A program made the position numbers and the translations under genes. From Octopus vulgaris (lineage: Eukaryota), in contig OX597814.1 of assembly GCA_951406725.2 (NCBI GenBank), forward strand, positions 30,504,001 to 30,568,000: a stretch of DNA of 64,000 nt, written 5' to 3'. This document shows, piece by piece, positions 13,240 to 26,624 of the stretch (positions are counted from its first letter, which is position 1; each line of letters begins with the position of its first letter). The notes beneath the pieces are model-generated. The model was not told where the DNA came from. It searched no databases and saw only the letters and a program-made list of their open reading frames with translations.

Positions 13240-13483
13240 GAGGGCATTGCTCGTGTTCCATTGGCTGGTGCTGCCCCTGGTACAGGTATGGGACGAGCTG
13301 CTGGACGTGGTGTTCCTGCAGCTCCCGGAAGTTCGGGTACTGCAGCCCCTGGTTTGCAAGGACCTGTACGTGGTGTTGGAGGACCATCACAACAGATGAT
13401 GACACCGCAAGCTCGGGCGACATCAGTTGCAGCACCACCTCAACCACGACCTGGACAGATGGGAGCTCCTCCCAGAATGCAAG
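13240..13483 (+). CDS. SNRPB: SmB/B' exon 3 (GRAAGRG / [12 protein letters not shown] region)
   Basis: ttctag acceptor and gttagt donor; encodes [26 protein letters not shown]...[20 protein letters not shown], typical of SmB; phase 0 in, phase 1 out. Confidence 0.96.
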
Positions 13484-16400
13484 GTTAGTGATTTTTCTTT
13501 TTAAATTACTAATTATTTTATTTTCTTTTTCTTTTTTCTTCTTGAACTATAAAGTAGTTCTAATTTCAGTTACTTTGACTCACAACCAAGTTTATAGCAG
13601 GTGATTATCATACAGATTAAACATATCAAATATTAGAGAAAATTTTAACAATGTCTATTTAAGAAGATTATTGGTCTTTTTCTGATTCTTTTATTCTTTT
13701 ACTTGTTTCAGTCATCAGACTGTGGGACTGAGCCTGGAACCATGTGGTTGGGAAGCAAGCTTCTTACCACACAGCCACGCCTGCGCCTGGTGTTAGACAA
13801 TTATTTTGTACTTTTTCCTTCTTCGTTCACCATAATCATTGTTCCACGAGGATTTACGCACTATTTCGAATTCAGAAATTCAAATTTTCTCTTTGCCTTC
13901 TACCTGTCGTAGCAAGGTACATTACTCTGCTTAATTTTGCCTGGTTATGTGGAAGAGTTATCACTCTTCTATCATTACCTACTCGTTAGCAATAGAACAA
14001 GCAATTGTGAACAAAGGTGAAATCTTGCTTCTGTTAACACAGTTTACAGTTTTTAAAAACTTGTGATATGCTGAAGACTAATTCTTCAGTGAATCTCTCT
14101 CTGTTCATGGTAATAGTGAAGCAGAACACTCTCGGAGTGGTTGGCGTTAGGAAGGGCATCCAGCCGTAGAAACTCTGCCAGATCAGATTGGAGTCTGGTG
14201 CAGCCATCTGGTTTGCCAGTCCACTGTCAAATCGTCCAACCCATGCTAGCATGGAAAGCGTACATTAAATGATGATGATGATGATGAACCTTAATGGTAG
14301 AATTTTCAGTTTTAGACAAATTGTTCTGTGATGAAAAATGGTGCAGATAGCTTTAGAATGTATCTCAAAGAAAGAAATAACTGTTAAATTCTAATTGGTG
14401 AAACACAAAACCTCCATTTCTGCAGTAGATGATGAATGGGTTGTGGTATTCATGCTTTCTAAATTGTATTAGCGGCAGAACAAAGAAATTGAACTAGCTT
14501 TGGTCAAAAATTTAATCGCGAGTCTCCTTGATTACACTCTTAACTTTTGTGTTGAGGAGTTTACAGTTGATTGAAGTGATATCCGTATTGTTTGGTGCGT
14601 ATATTTATTTTATCAACTGAAGTGAAAAGTAAAATTGATTTCAGTTGAGTTACTATTCACTGTAAACCATTCAGTACTATATGTGTCTTGGTTGTCTACA
14701 TTACAGTAGATTATTATGGTCTTAGTTGTTTAGTAAGAAATCAGCCCTGATCGAACAAGTCTATAATTTAAGGTATTCCAGTCACGACCATCTGGTTTTT
14801 TTTCCCGCCTTCCATGCAATAGTGTATCTAGGATAGTATTATCCAATGTATCTTTTTTTTTTTTTTAAAGATTTTTATGTGTAATTTGAGGTAGCTGCTG
14901 CTATTTCAAGTCTTTCGTATGTACAGTTTTAGTGTTGGGGTGGTGGTAAAAAAAACCAAAAAAAAAAAAAAGTCATTACCTTTAGTTTTAAACTATTGAA
15001 GCTAACCATCTGGAATATTAGAGTTTTCTTTTCTTCACAGTAATGGAAATATATATCTTTCTGAACCAATACGTATAATTATACTAACTGTTCCTGGGTA
15101 CACAACAAAGTAAGACCTGTAAACGATTTTGAAGGGAGGTTACTCTGTACACGATTATCTCCCATTTTACAGTTTTACTTCAATTTTGATAAGTCAGACT
15201 TGGGACAGCATTTTATCTTTTTATTTTTTTCCCATTGTTTTGTCATTTGTTGTCTTTCTGTTATCTCGTTCGTGCGATTCTGTTTTTGGTGATCAGCTTT
15301 CACCACTTCTCCCATGTCTTTCTCATCTGCAGATTTCTTCCATTTGTATAATTTGGCACATTTCTCATGCTCTTTTTTTTCTCCTCTCACTTCACATCTA
15401 TGCACTAACATTACATATTTTACTGGAGTGGCATGGCTTTTCTTGTGAGTCTGCCTGTGATCTTACTGCATCTCTTGCGCATGCTTATTTACGTCTGGTA
15501 CACAGTACAGAATTCTTACCTATTCCTTTTCTACATATTGAGAATGACTATGGCAGCTGAGATCTGTATTCTTTTCTTCTTACTAAAATTCTTGTTTTCG
15601 TCAGGTTTATTTTGAGGCCTCGTGATTCTACGATTTGCTTCTATATTAGGCATTTCTTTTAATTTTTCAGTAGATTCATCTAAAAAAAACTTGTCAATGG
15701 CACATCGGAGTTCCCATGGACAGCCAGTCTTCTTATGTCATGGAGAACTATGATAAACCGGAAACTGATAATTGAGCTTTGATGGACACTTATCTCACCG
15801 AGCTCCTTTTTTAATTCTCACTTTGCTGATGACATGGGTTGTACAGCTGTAACAAACCATCCATCTGTTCTTAATTTTGTTAGTAATCACCAGATAGCAG
15901 AGCATGGTACCCTGTCAGAAGTTTACTTCAGGTTGAGAAATGCTAAATACAGAGCCTTACCCTTAGCTGAGGACATCTGTAGTTCTCTCATTCGGAAGAG
16001 AGCATTGGTGCACAATTAAACTCTATATCATCTAAGCTCTCTTCAAACAGTTACTGCAACTCTTTACTTTTTTTTCACAAACAGGTCCAGTGTTTTGCTG
16101 CTTCTGTACTTGCTTATTTCTATGCCATTCCTTGAATATAACAATTTACCGTTTTATCTGGTGTCTCTGTCCCCTAGATATTTCAGTGACTATCCCTATT
16201 TGTCTGGCTTCTTTCCCTCTGTTCATATCCTTAATTATACTTTCAACTCTGTTGTTGTCAAATTCAATAGCTTGTCCCAGTGATATGTCTACTTAAAGTA
16301 GATCCCCTTTCCTAAGCCTTTCCATTCAGCTGTTTCTTGTATCATTTCTGTGTTACTTCTTGGTGTCTGTGAGTGTGAGTATGCTGTTGTCATTCTATAC

Positions 16401-17361
16401 AAACTTTTCCCCAACAATGTTTTGATTTTGCCCCTACACATTGTTTTGCAATCCAGAACATCCCATACTCTCGTCAAAGAACATGTAATATATTTCTTAA
16501 AAACTTATATTTTCCAGGATTTTTACCTATAGGTAAGATAACTTAATTGATTAGGAGTTGATTTTTGTTCGTTTATCTAATACATAAAATCCAGTAACTC
16601 GTTGAATTAACACCTTTTCATTATTATTATTTTTATAAGTTGAGTAAACTTTTGTTAAAATTTCAATAAATTGGAAAATACTAGAAAATCAAACTATTTT
16701 TAAAACTTGTTTTTATTAAAATGGATATTTCTCAAAATTCATCTTTAAGTGACTAAAAATTTACGTCTTAGAAAAAGTTTGATATTCAGTTTATTTCATT
16801 TTATTAATTTTTTAATCGTATTTATTAATAAATGTTAATCTTACTATTAATAAGTTTACCAATGCCAATGAGAGTTGTCTGAGGCATGGTTATTTCTTCT
16901 TGATGATGATAGTTCCAAATTTTGGCACAAAAGTGGGAGTGAGCTAGTTGATTATATTGACCCCACTATTTGACTGGGGTCAAGATATTTTATAGATCCT
17001 GAAAGGATGAAAAGCTAAGTTGATCTTAGCATTTGAACTCAGAACGCAGTGAGCAGAAAGAAATTCTGCGAGGCATTTTGTCTACCGTGCTAACAATTCT
17101 GCCAGTTTACCTAATAATAATGGTAATAGGAATTATTATTATCATTAAGGCAGCCAGCTGGCAGAATTGTTAGCACTCCTGGCAAAAGGCTTTGCAACAT
17201 TTTGTCTGTCTTTATGTTGCGTGTTCAAATTCTGCCTAGATTCATTTTTGCCTTTTATCCTTTTGGGGGTCGATAAATTAAGTACCAGTTGAACACTATG
17301 GTCAATGTAATTGACTTAATCCCCTCCCCAAAACTGCTTCCCTTGTGGCAAAATTTGAAAC

Positions 17362-17403
<42 letters not shown>

Positions 17404-18594
17404 TACTATTATTACTACTAATATGGTGAGCTGGCAGAAGTATTAGCACACTGGATGGAATGCTTAGCAGCATCTCATCCATCTTTCATCTTTTTGGGGG
17501 TTGATGAAATAAGTACCAATCAAGTACTGGGTTCGATGTAATTAACTTTCCTCCTCCCATAAAAATTGCGGGTATTGTGCCTTTAAACGAAAAGATGGTG
17601 AGCTGGCAGAATCGTTAGCATGCCGGACAAAATGCTGAGAAACATTTTGTCCATCTTTACGTTCTGAGTTCAAATTCTACCAGGGTTGACTTTGCCTTTC
17701 ATCCTTTTGGGGTTGATGAAACTGTAACATTGGGGCGATGTAATCAACTAGTCCCCTCACCCAAAATTTCAGGCCTTGTGCCTTTAGTAGAAAGAATTAT
17801 TATTATTATTATTATTATATTTTATACTTTTGATATTATGGTTGTTGTGGTTTGGCAGTAATGAAATTTGGTTTCAGTTCTTAGTTATAAGTATGTCAGT
17901 GATTTCTTTTATATGTTTGAGAAAGACTTAATTGCTATAACTGCAATTAACTTTTTCTTCTTCTATATATAACCATTATCTTCAATGTTTATAGCTTTTA
18001 TTTTATTACAAAATTATCACAAAATGAATATTGTCCTTTTTATAATCATTCTTAATGCCCAAATACTTTGTTTTATAACTCATTCAAATGTGTTGCAGTA
18101 TTGTCTAGTTAAGTTTAAATCTAAATTCTGTTACTCTCTCTTTTTACTCTTTTACTTGTTTCAGTCATTTGACTGCGGCCATGCTGGAGCACCAGTACTT
18201 ATTCTATCGGTCTCTTTTGCCGAACCGCTAGGTGATGGGGACGTAAACATACCAGCATCGGTTGTCAAGCAATGCTAGGGGGACAAACAGTCACACAAAC
18301 ATATACACACACACTTATTTATATATACATATATACGACAGGCTTCTTTCAGTTTCCGTCTACCAAATCCACTCACAAGGTATTGGTCGGCCTGGGGCTA
18401 TAGCAGAAGACACTTGCCCAAGATGCCACGCAGTGGGACTGAACCCGGAACCATGTGGTTGGTTAGCAAGCTACTTACCACACAGCCACTGTTGCGATAG
18501 ATTTTTATCTTTTTTAAATACCATTATTATAATTTGATTCATTTAGGTATTTTATAGAACAATTACCACATTGTGTAGATGGACAGTTATTTAA

Positions 18595-19662
18595 CCCTTT
18601 CGTTACCAAACCGCCCGAAAAAAATTTTGGTTTATGAGACCAAAGCCGCCCGAATTTACCTATTCATATTTAAATGAGAATATCAGAGCAAATCTCTTCA
18701 GTACATTCGTGAAAACACGTATTATACTTCGTAAACAGTTCAACTACAGTTTTGTACAACAATCGAAGTGTAATTTTAATTCCGTGAATTTTGGGAGATT
18801 TTTTTCCGAAATTTGTTCCTATTGTGTTTTCAAAATTTGTAATTCTGACAAAAAATGGATACGAATTTCATTATATCAAGCAGCGAGTCAGAATTCGAAG
18901 GATTTTCTACTGAAGACCTTCATAAATCTAACTCTATGACTGAAAAAAAAAAGCATGTGGTATTTGATAATGAATCTGATGTTTCATTTTCCGAAAGTGA
19001 AAACAGTGAATCTGAGATCTCCGATAGCGATAAAGAAAACGAATTGGCACCTGAATGGAGTGAAAATTTAAAAAACTGTTTCTTTTGGTGATTTTTCTGA
19101 AGAAACTGGACCAAGCCACAGACTTTCCCAGAAGGGTAAAGCCTTAGACTATTTCTATTTACTTTTTCGAATGAGCCTATTTGAAATTATTACGTCAGAA
19201 ACGAACCGTTACGCTAAACGTAAACAAAACGAAAGAAAGGATAGTTTGTTATTTTCCCACAACCTTAAATGAAATTAAGGCCTATTTTGCCATAAATATT
19301 ATTATGGGTATCAGAAAGTTACCCAGAATAACAAATTCTATCGTAAAATTTTGTTGTATACCCAATTGAATATTAGCTAATAACCCATTTTCTATAGCGA
19401 TGTTTGAACAAAATTTTAATAATTTTATATTTTGTGGAATTTACCTGTATCTACCTGATTAGAGTCACTTTGTGACAAAAATTATAGTATAGAATTGGTT
19501 GAGAATATTTCATTAAATTATCTTCCAAAAATCAGATTAATATATCGATAAATAAAAAAGTTATAGTTGTTTAATGAAACCAGACTAAATTTATGATTAC
19601 GTTAGAAATTAATTGAAACACATAAGAGGTGTAATTTGGTCAGAAATATAGTAACGAAAGGG
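18595..19662 (+). mobile_element. Internally deleted piggyBac element, copy 1
   Basis: TTAA TSD, TIR CCCTTTCGTTAC/GTAACGAAAGGG, and a frameshifted transposase N-terminus (acidic tract, LDYF..LF, ETNRYA, EIKAYFAINIIMGI). Confidence 0.92.
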
Positions 19663-21322
19663 TTAAATGTTATATTAAAATAAATGTTATCTACATATAA
19701 AATAAGGTTTAAGGTTAAGAAAAGGTATCTTAACCTATTATCATTTAAATTTATCCCCTTTATCATTTAAATTATCCAGCCCAAATATTCTTGTTTTATG
19801 TTCAAACTAGTCAGATCTGGCATCTCACATCTACGCAACAATGTCATTCTGAAAATAGGTGATCACATCATTGAAATCTGAATGTTATGATATTATGCAT
19901 GAGTAGCAGGTGATACGTAAAAAACATAAAAGCACCCACTGCACTCTTGGAGTGGTTGGCGTTAGGAAGGGCATCCAGCTGTAGAAACTCTGCCAGATCA
20001 GATTGGAGCATGTTGCAGCCATCTGGTTCGCTAGTCCTCAGTCAAATTGTCCAACCCATGCTAGCATGGAAAGCAGATGTTAAACGATGATGATAATTTA
20101 AAATAATGTAAATAGTTAAGTATTACATTCGACAGAATGATCTGAATGCTAAAGGGTTAATCTATACTTACCAATCTTCTTAAGACCACTCTTGGTTTTG
20201 TTATCAATCTGTTTCAAATCATTTGTCACTCCACTGCTCGGGGTTCTTATTCCAATAAGTTTCATGGTGGCATGAAAAAATAAAGCACACCGCACATGCT
20301 GTAAAGTGGTTGGCATGAATAAGAGGGTCCATCTGCAGAGACCATGCCAAAACCACTAGAGTACAATGAAGTCTTTGTACCCATTAGATCCTGTCAAACT
20401 GTTCAACTCCTGCCAGCATATTACTTGGACATTAAATGATGATGATAATTATTGCATTTATACTTATATTATTTATATATGGTTAAATATAATATTTATA
20501 TTTATATTAAAATCTTAATCTTGTTATTGTATGAATGATAATCTGAAGTTTTTGTAGAGAAAAATTTTATTATAGTTTTCTATAAGAATCTTGACCTCAA
20601 AAATTCACTCTGAATTCTTTACTCTCATCATCATCATCATCATCATCTGTCCGCTTTCCATGTTAGCATGGGTTGGTAAATGCAGTGTTAGTAGTAGCAA
20701 TGCAGTTTATTTGGTAGCTTATAATTCTAAAGCCCTTTCGTGGTTGATGTAGCCTTTTTTCTTTTACAGATCAGTAAGAATATGTACTATTTAAGTATGT
20801 AAGAGCTAAACCCAAGCTAGGTCAGTGCAGATTAAGGACTTGATCTCTGTAAAGTCATTGTCTTTTTGTTCACTTTTTAGCATTCAGACTTCTTTGTCAA
20901 ATGTAATGCTTATTTATTTACATTGTTTTGAATTAATCATATATTATCTTGTAGCATCATGGTTTCAATGTGAGGTTATATTTTTAAAATGACGTTGTAG
21001 GGTAGGTATGATAGGTTGGATCTGGTTAGTTTTTGCATAAAACGCACACAATATTTGGGCCAGTTATGGTTGGTTTAAAGGGTTAAACATTTCTCTTATT
21101 TTTGTATCATAGTCATCATTTAACATAGTTTTACTGTGTTGGTTTGGAGTGCCTCCTGGTTTATTCAACCTGCTTCTTTACTAGACTGATAGACTTGAAG
21201 AGAGAGAAAAGGAGTTTGAGTACATAAATTGCTTTTTTTGTACTTAAGAGCTGAGTACATCATGTGTATACTCATTTTGATTGTCCTCACTCAGCTTTTA
21301 TGCATTAAGGTATTATATATAA

Positions 21323-21686
21323 CTAGCAGTATCGCCTGGCGTTGCTCGGGTTTGTAAGGGAAATAACTATATAAGCATTTTTAGAGAGTTATAGCAAAAA
21401 AATGCATTAAAAATGGGAAAAAAATGATGGTAAATTTTTTAAAAAATCATTGACTCATCGTAGACATTTTTAGAGTTACTTCCCTTATATAGTAGCGAAA
21501 AAAATGATGGTAAATTTTTTTTAAAATTGTAGACTCATCGTAGATGCGCACTAATACCCAGAAGGGCTCGATATGAATCACGACTATAAGATACCCGCTT
21601 TTGGTTACACTGCACTGCAAAATGTGGGAGTAGTTAGGAATCTAAATCGTAGGAGACAGACACAACTTGACTGTTATATATAAAAA
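21323..21686 (-). mobile_element. Non-autonomous Helitron, second copy
   Basis: Highly similar to 11649-12046, with the same CTAG end and hairpin. Confidence 0.83.
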
Positions 21687-21777
21687 TTATGAACTAACTT
21701 TATTGAGTTGTAACTCAATATGAAATAGATACATCTCTAGTTACCTGGCATAACAGGTATTTCTTCTACTTGTTTAA

Positions 21778-22859
21778 CCCTTTCGATACCAAACCGCCCA
21801 AAGCCGCCCGAAAAAAATTTTGGTTAATGTGACCAAACCCGCCCGAATTTACCTATTCATATTTAAATGAGAATATCAGAGCAAATCTCTTTAGTACATT
21901 CGTGAAAACATGTATTATATTTCGTAAACAGTTCAACTACAGTTTTGTACAACAATCGAAGTGTAATTTTAATTCCGTGAATTTTGGGAGATTTTTTTCC
22001 AAAATTTGTTCCTATTGTGTTTTCAAAATTTGTAATTCTGACAAAAAGTGGATACGAATTTCATTATATCAAGCAGCGAGTCAGAATTCGAAGGATTTTC
22101 TACTGAAGACCTTCATAAATCTAACTCTATGACTGAAAAAAAAAAGCATGTGGTATTTGATAATGAATCTGATGTTTCATTTTCTGAAAGTGAAAACAGT
22201 GAATCCGAGAGCTCCGACAGCGATAAAGAAAATGAATTGGCACCTGAATGGAGTGAAAATTTAAAAACTGTTTCTTTCGGTGATTTTTCTGAAGAAACTG
22301 GACCAAGCCACAGACTTTCCCAGAAGAGTAAAGCCTTAGACTATTTCTTTTTACTTTTTCGAATGAGCCTATTTGAAATCATTACGACGGAAACGAACCG
22401 TTACGCTAAACGTAAACAAAGCGAAAGAAAGGATAGTTAGTGGTTTCCAACCAAACCTTAAATGAAATTAAGACTATTTTGCCATAAATATTATTATGGG
22501 TATCAGAAAGTTACCCAGAATAACAAATTCTATCGTAAAATTTTGTTGTATACCCAATTGAATATTATTAGCTAATAACCCATTTTCTATAGCGATGTTT
22601 GAACAAAATTTTAATAATTTTATATTTTGTTGAATTTACCTGTATCTACCTGCAATTAGAGTCACTTTGTGACAAAAATTATAGTATAGAATTGGTTGAG
22701 AACATTTCATTAAATTATCTTCCAAAATTCACGTTAATATATTGATAAATTAAAAAGTTATTGTTGTTTAATGAAACCAGACTAAATTTATGATTACGTT
22801 AGAAATTAATTGAAACACATAAGGGGTGTATTTTGGTCAGAAATATAGTAACGAAAGGG
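21778..22859 (+). mobile_element. Internally deleted piggyBac element, copy 2
   Basis: TTAA TSD and the same TIRs; near-identical to copy 1; ORF 22048-22440 is the transposase N-terminus, with no DDD catalytic core. Confidence 0.92.
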
Positions 22860-24791
22860 TTAAAGGAAGAAGACAAGATCAAATGGTAGCTGCAATATAC
22901 CAGTAACATACTTTAGTATATTACTGGTCATCATGTTCATCATCATCATCATTATCTATCCCATTGTCACTTTTGGTTGCTTTAGAAACTACCATCTTTT
23001 TATCACTTCCAGCATTGCTACATGATCTGGCACTATTTTGGTGGTGTCCTGTGGGCCTTTGGTTGTATTGTTCATATGTTGTTGTTCAAGTTGCTAATAT
23101 TACATCTGTGTATTTGCAGGCCTTCATGGGTCTACTTCACAATATTCACTCATACTAGTGGGGGGACTCAATCATCATCATCCTCCTCCTCATCATCTTC
23201 ATTGTCATCATTCTAATCGTCCATGTTATCATACTTTGATCATTTATCACCACCAGCATTGTGCAGTTGTTTTTTTTTTTTTTTTTTTTTTTCATTTATT
23301 CTACTCCTGCAGTATTAACAGCTGCAGGAGTTCTTGCCTTGCCTTCTACTCATCTTTGCTACTCCTCACTGGCTCTCCACTCCTCTGTTGATGTCTACAG
23401 GGGTCTTGAAGCGTGGAAAGGGGTAATGATGTCTTGTAGGTGTTCTATGCATAAGGAGCATGATTACAGTTGTGGAGGTCATGATGATGATGGCAGTGGT
23501 ATTTATAAAGAAGGAAAGTACTCAGAACTTTTCCTCTCCACTACTCTTACCACTACAGTAAAATCTCTGAAGCCAGTGAAGGAGTCTCTATGTGGTTGCT
23601 TCATTTGCAAGAAATAACAGCCAAATCTTCAAATTACACTTTTACTGTATGTTAAAAAATATGCTAAAAAACAAAATTTTCCTAGACTATGATAACATAG
23701 TCTAGGAAAAAAATGGAGTGGTCTCAGTTGGAATGTCCTTGTTATTTAGATGATATGCTGTTAAACATAGCTGTCATTGCTATTGTAATTATCACCACAA
23801 CCATTTCCATCACTATCATCCTTCCACTTCAGATTTTTTTAGTTTTAATCATTTTCTCTCTTGCTTGTTTCCTTTTTTTTTTTCCTCTCGACTGTTCTAT
23901 AAAAAAAGTCTGTTTTCTCTATAAACTCTCATACAGCTTCATCAGTAAGTGTGACCAATAATTAAATAAATAGATAACCAAAGCTTTTGTCAACTTTATC
24001 CACTTGCTTGCTTTTGCACATTTCTACTGTCTGACTTTTCTTTGGTTTAATTTGATTTATAAATGGAGATGATTTTTTTTTAATTTCTAAATTTTTTTTT
24101 TTTAATGCAAAATATTGACTTATTAATTAATCAAATCAGGTTTGGTAGTTGACAGGTGAGAAACAGCAGCAATTGACAGCAAATATAGATTTAGTTTGCT
24201 GGAAATCTACTTTAAAATATCCTAATTATAGAGTGGTGTTGGGGTATGAATACACACACGTACACACGCATACATTCAGACATGCACACTCATTTATATA
24301 CACACATATGCACAATATATGTATGAAATGTACGAATAATTTTTTGGAATAACTTGATTTAATTTGAAATTTATTTACAAAATCCATTTAAAAATATGAT
24401 TTTAATAATTAAATTGCTTGTTGTTGTTGCTAGGGATTTTATTTAGATTTCTTTTTCCTCTTCAAAAGTTTTGAAAATATTTGATTATGGTGAAATTTCA
24501 ATGATTTCATTAGGAAAAATTTCAACAAGAAAATTCATTTTCGGAAGATTTCAGAAAAAAAAAAAATCCTCAAGAAAAAATCAACACAAAGATAAAGAAT
24601 ATAAAATCATATTTTTGCTCATATATCAAGTGTTATCTGTTTTTGTATCATTAGGTTTTCTTATTTTAAATTCAAATATGTTAACTATTTTTTAAACATA
24701 AATTAAAATTTAGTCTTACTTATGATTATTCATTTTTTTACATGAAACTTATTTTGAGATTTACAATGTGTATGTGTACTGAGTGTACTTA

Positions 24792-25142
24792 CTTAAGCCC
24801 TTTTCTCCCTACGGAGTATTGGTCATCAATGGCTTTTCTCCACAGTTCTTGACTCTGGGCTGCCCTGAGGGAAGGCCTTCCTCTCCCAGCTGTTGCTGGT
24901 TTTGAATTGTCATTGATGCTTCTAGAATTTTGATTGTTGCTTGGTAGGGTTGTTGGCCCTATTTAAACCTATTTTTACTCCTGAGAAGAGGTAATCCATA
25001 TTAATCTGGCCTCTATCCTTTGGCTTGTTCAGTGTGGGTTGGTGGAGTAGGGACTACCAAAAACTTGCACTCCACTGGCATATTTCTTGGTTATGGAGCA
25101 TGCATGCCATCTCACTGCAATAAAGACTGGATCTTGTAGTGA
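24792..25142 (-). mobile_element. Short RTE-derived non-autonomous retroelement
   Basis: 16-bp TSD gtactgagtgtactta (24776-24791, 25143-25158) and an RTE C-terminal remnant (AAQSQELWR) at its 3' end. Confidence 0.65.
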
Positions 25143-26404
25143 GTACTGAGTGTACTTATGTACAATATACACAACAGACATTTAAAAGGTTTTTTCCCCC
25201 AAAATAGGAAGTTAACCTTGCAGGCCCTATAACAGTTTTCTCCACTTTGAATTGTACTCATGAGGTTATCTTTCTGAAGCAATATTTTATGACCAGGTTA
25301 ACCATTTTAGTTCCCTCTTATGCATACCTATTCTAAAACTGGACCACAGACAGTCATTGTACAATATGTATCATTATCATCATCTTTTTAATATCTGTTT
25401 TTCCATGCTTATTTGAGCAGGACAATATATTGAGGCAGATTGTCTATGGCTGAATGCTCTTCCATTTGCCCAAGGCAATATTTCCCCATAACCAGACGTG
25501 TTTTCACAAAGTATTGGAAATGAATGCTGTAGCATGTATGACAGTGACACTCGTATTGCAGTTATCATGCGATGTCAAGACAAGGGGACACAAACATGTA
25601 CATGCATGCACATACACACGCACCCAATGGACTTCTTTCAGTTTTTGTTGATCAGATCCACTCAGGCTTTATTTGAGTGCCTGGGCATTTCTACTATATT
25701 TCTAATCTAACCCTGGACATTTCTACTATAGTGTAGGCCTAAGGTATCAAGGTGTCATGTAGTGGGACTGAACTTGAAGCTATTTATGTAACGCTTTGGT
25801 TTTACAAAATGGGATTTCTTCAGAATATATCTTTTAATGGAGCAACCATGTATCTCCTCTTCAGCAAGACACCTGTTCTTGTCTCTATCATAATTTAGCC
25901 TCTCATCACCTGGCATAAAGCCACCTCCCACAATATTAGTTCCCACTTAGTCACAGGGTCTTGTCTAGTGGGTTATTTGGTGACCTCACTGATGCTGAGC
26001 ACCCTGTACACCTTGTAAACTGATCACCATTAAGGCAGGACATCTTGCCATAGAACCCATGCCAAAGCAGATACAGGTGTTTGCTACAGCCCTCTGACTC
26101 ATCAGTTCCTGTTGAACCATCCATGCCAGCAAGGAAAACATGTTTAATGATGAAGGTGTTAGTGTGACCTAAAGTTCTGTTAACATGGTCAGTGATTGAC
26201 CAGCATTCAGATTAATTTATCACATGTAATGCGTATTTATCCACATTAAAAAAAATTAATCATATATTATCATGTAGCTTCAAGATTTTAAAGTTGTGAT
26301 TGTTTATTTTTAGAACGACATTGTAGGGTAGGTGGGAGAGGCTGGATCTGGCCAGTTGGAACATAAAACAAGTAGAATATTTGGGCTAGATATGGCTGGT
26401 TTAA

Positions 26405-26624
26405 CCCTTTCGTTACTGTATTTATTTTGAGATGTTCTGTGTTGCTTTCATTTACTTTAAATATAACAAAGAATTTAATAAAATAGCTTAGTTATCATTC
26501 AGCTAGTGTTAAGAACATAAATTGTGACTAAGGTTTGGTGGAAGATTTTAATTCAAAACTTATGAAAACAAGACATTTGTACTCAGAGCTAGGGCCGGTT
26601 TCAACCGGGTTGGTAACGAAAGGG
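26405..26624. mobile_element. piggyBac MITE family 2 (TIR CCCTTTCGTTAC), nested in a family 1 MITE
   Basis: TTAA TSD; second copy at 32919-33136. Confidence 0.88.

Noticed and set aside
13206-13604. Overlapping 132-aa ORF at exon 3
   Set aside because: Alternative frame of a GC-rich SmB exon with no recognisable motif.
18800-18860. piggyBac exon-trap fusion with SmB (CSB-PGBD3-like)
   Set aside because: Both copies are in sense orientation, but I see no AG acceptor after the pyrimidine tract before the ORF, and the transposase is truncated.
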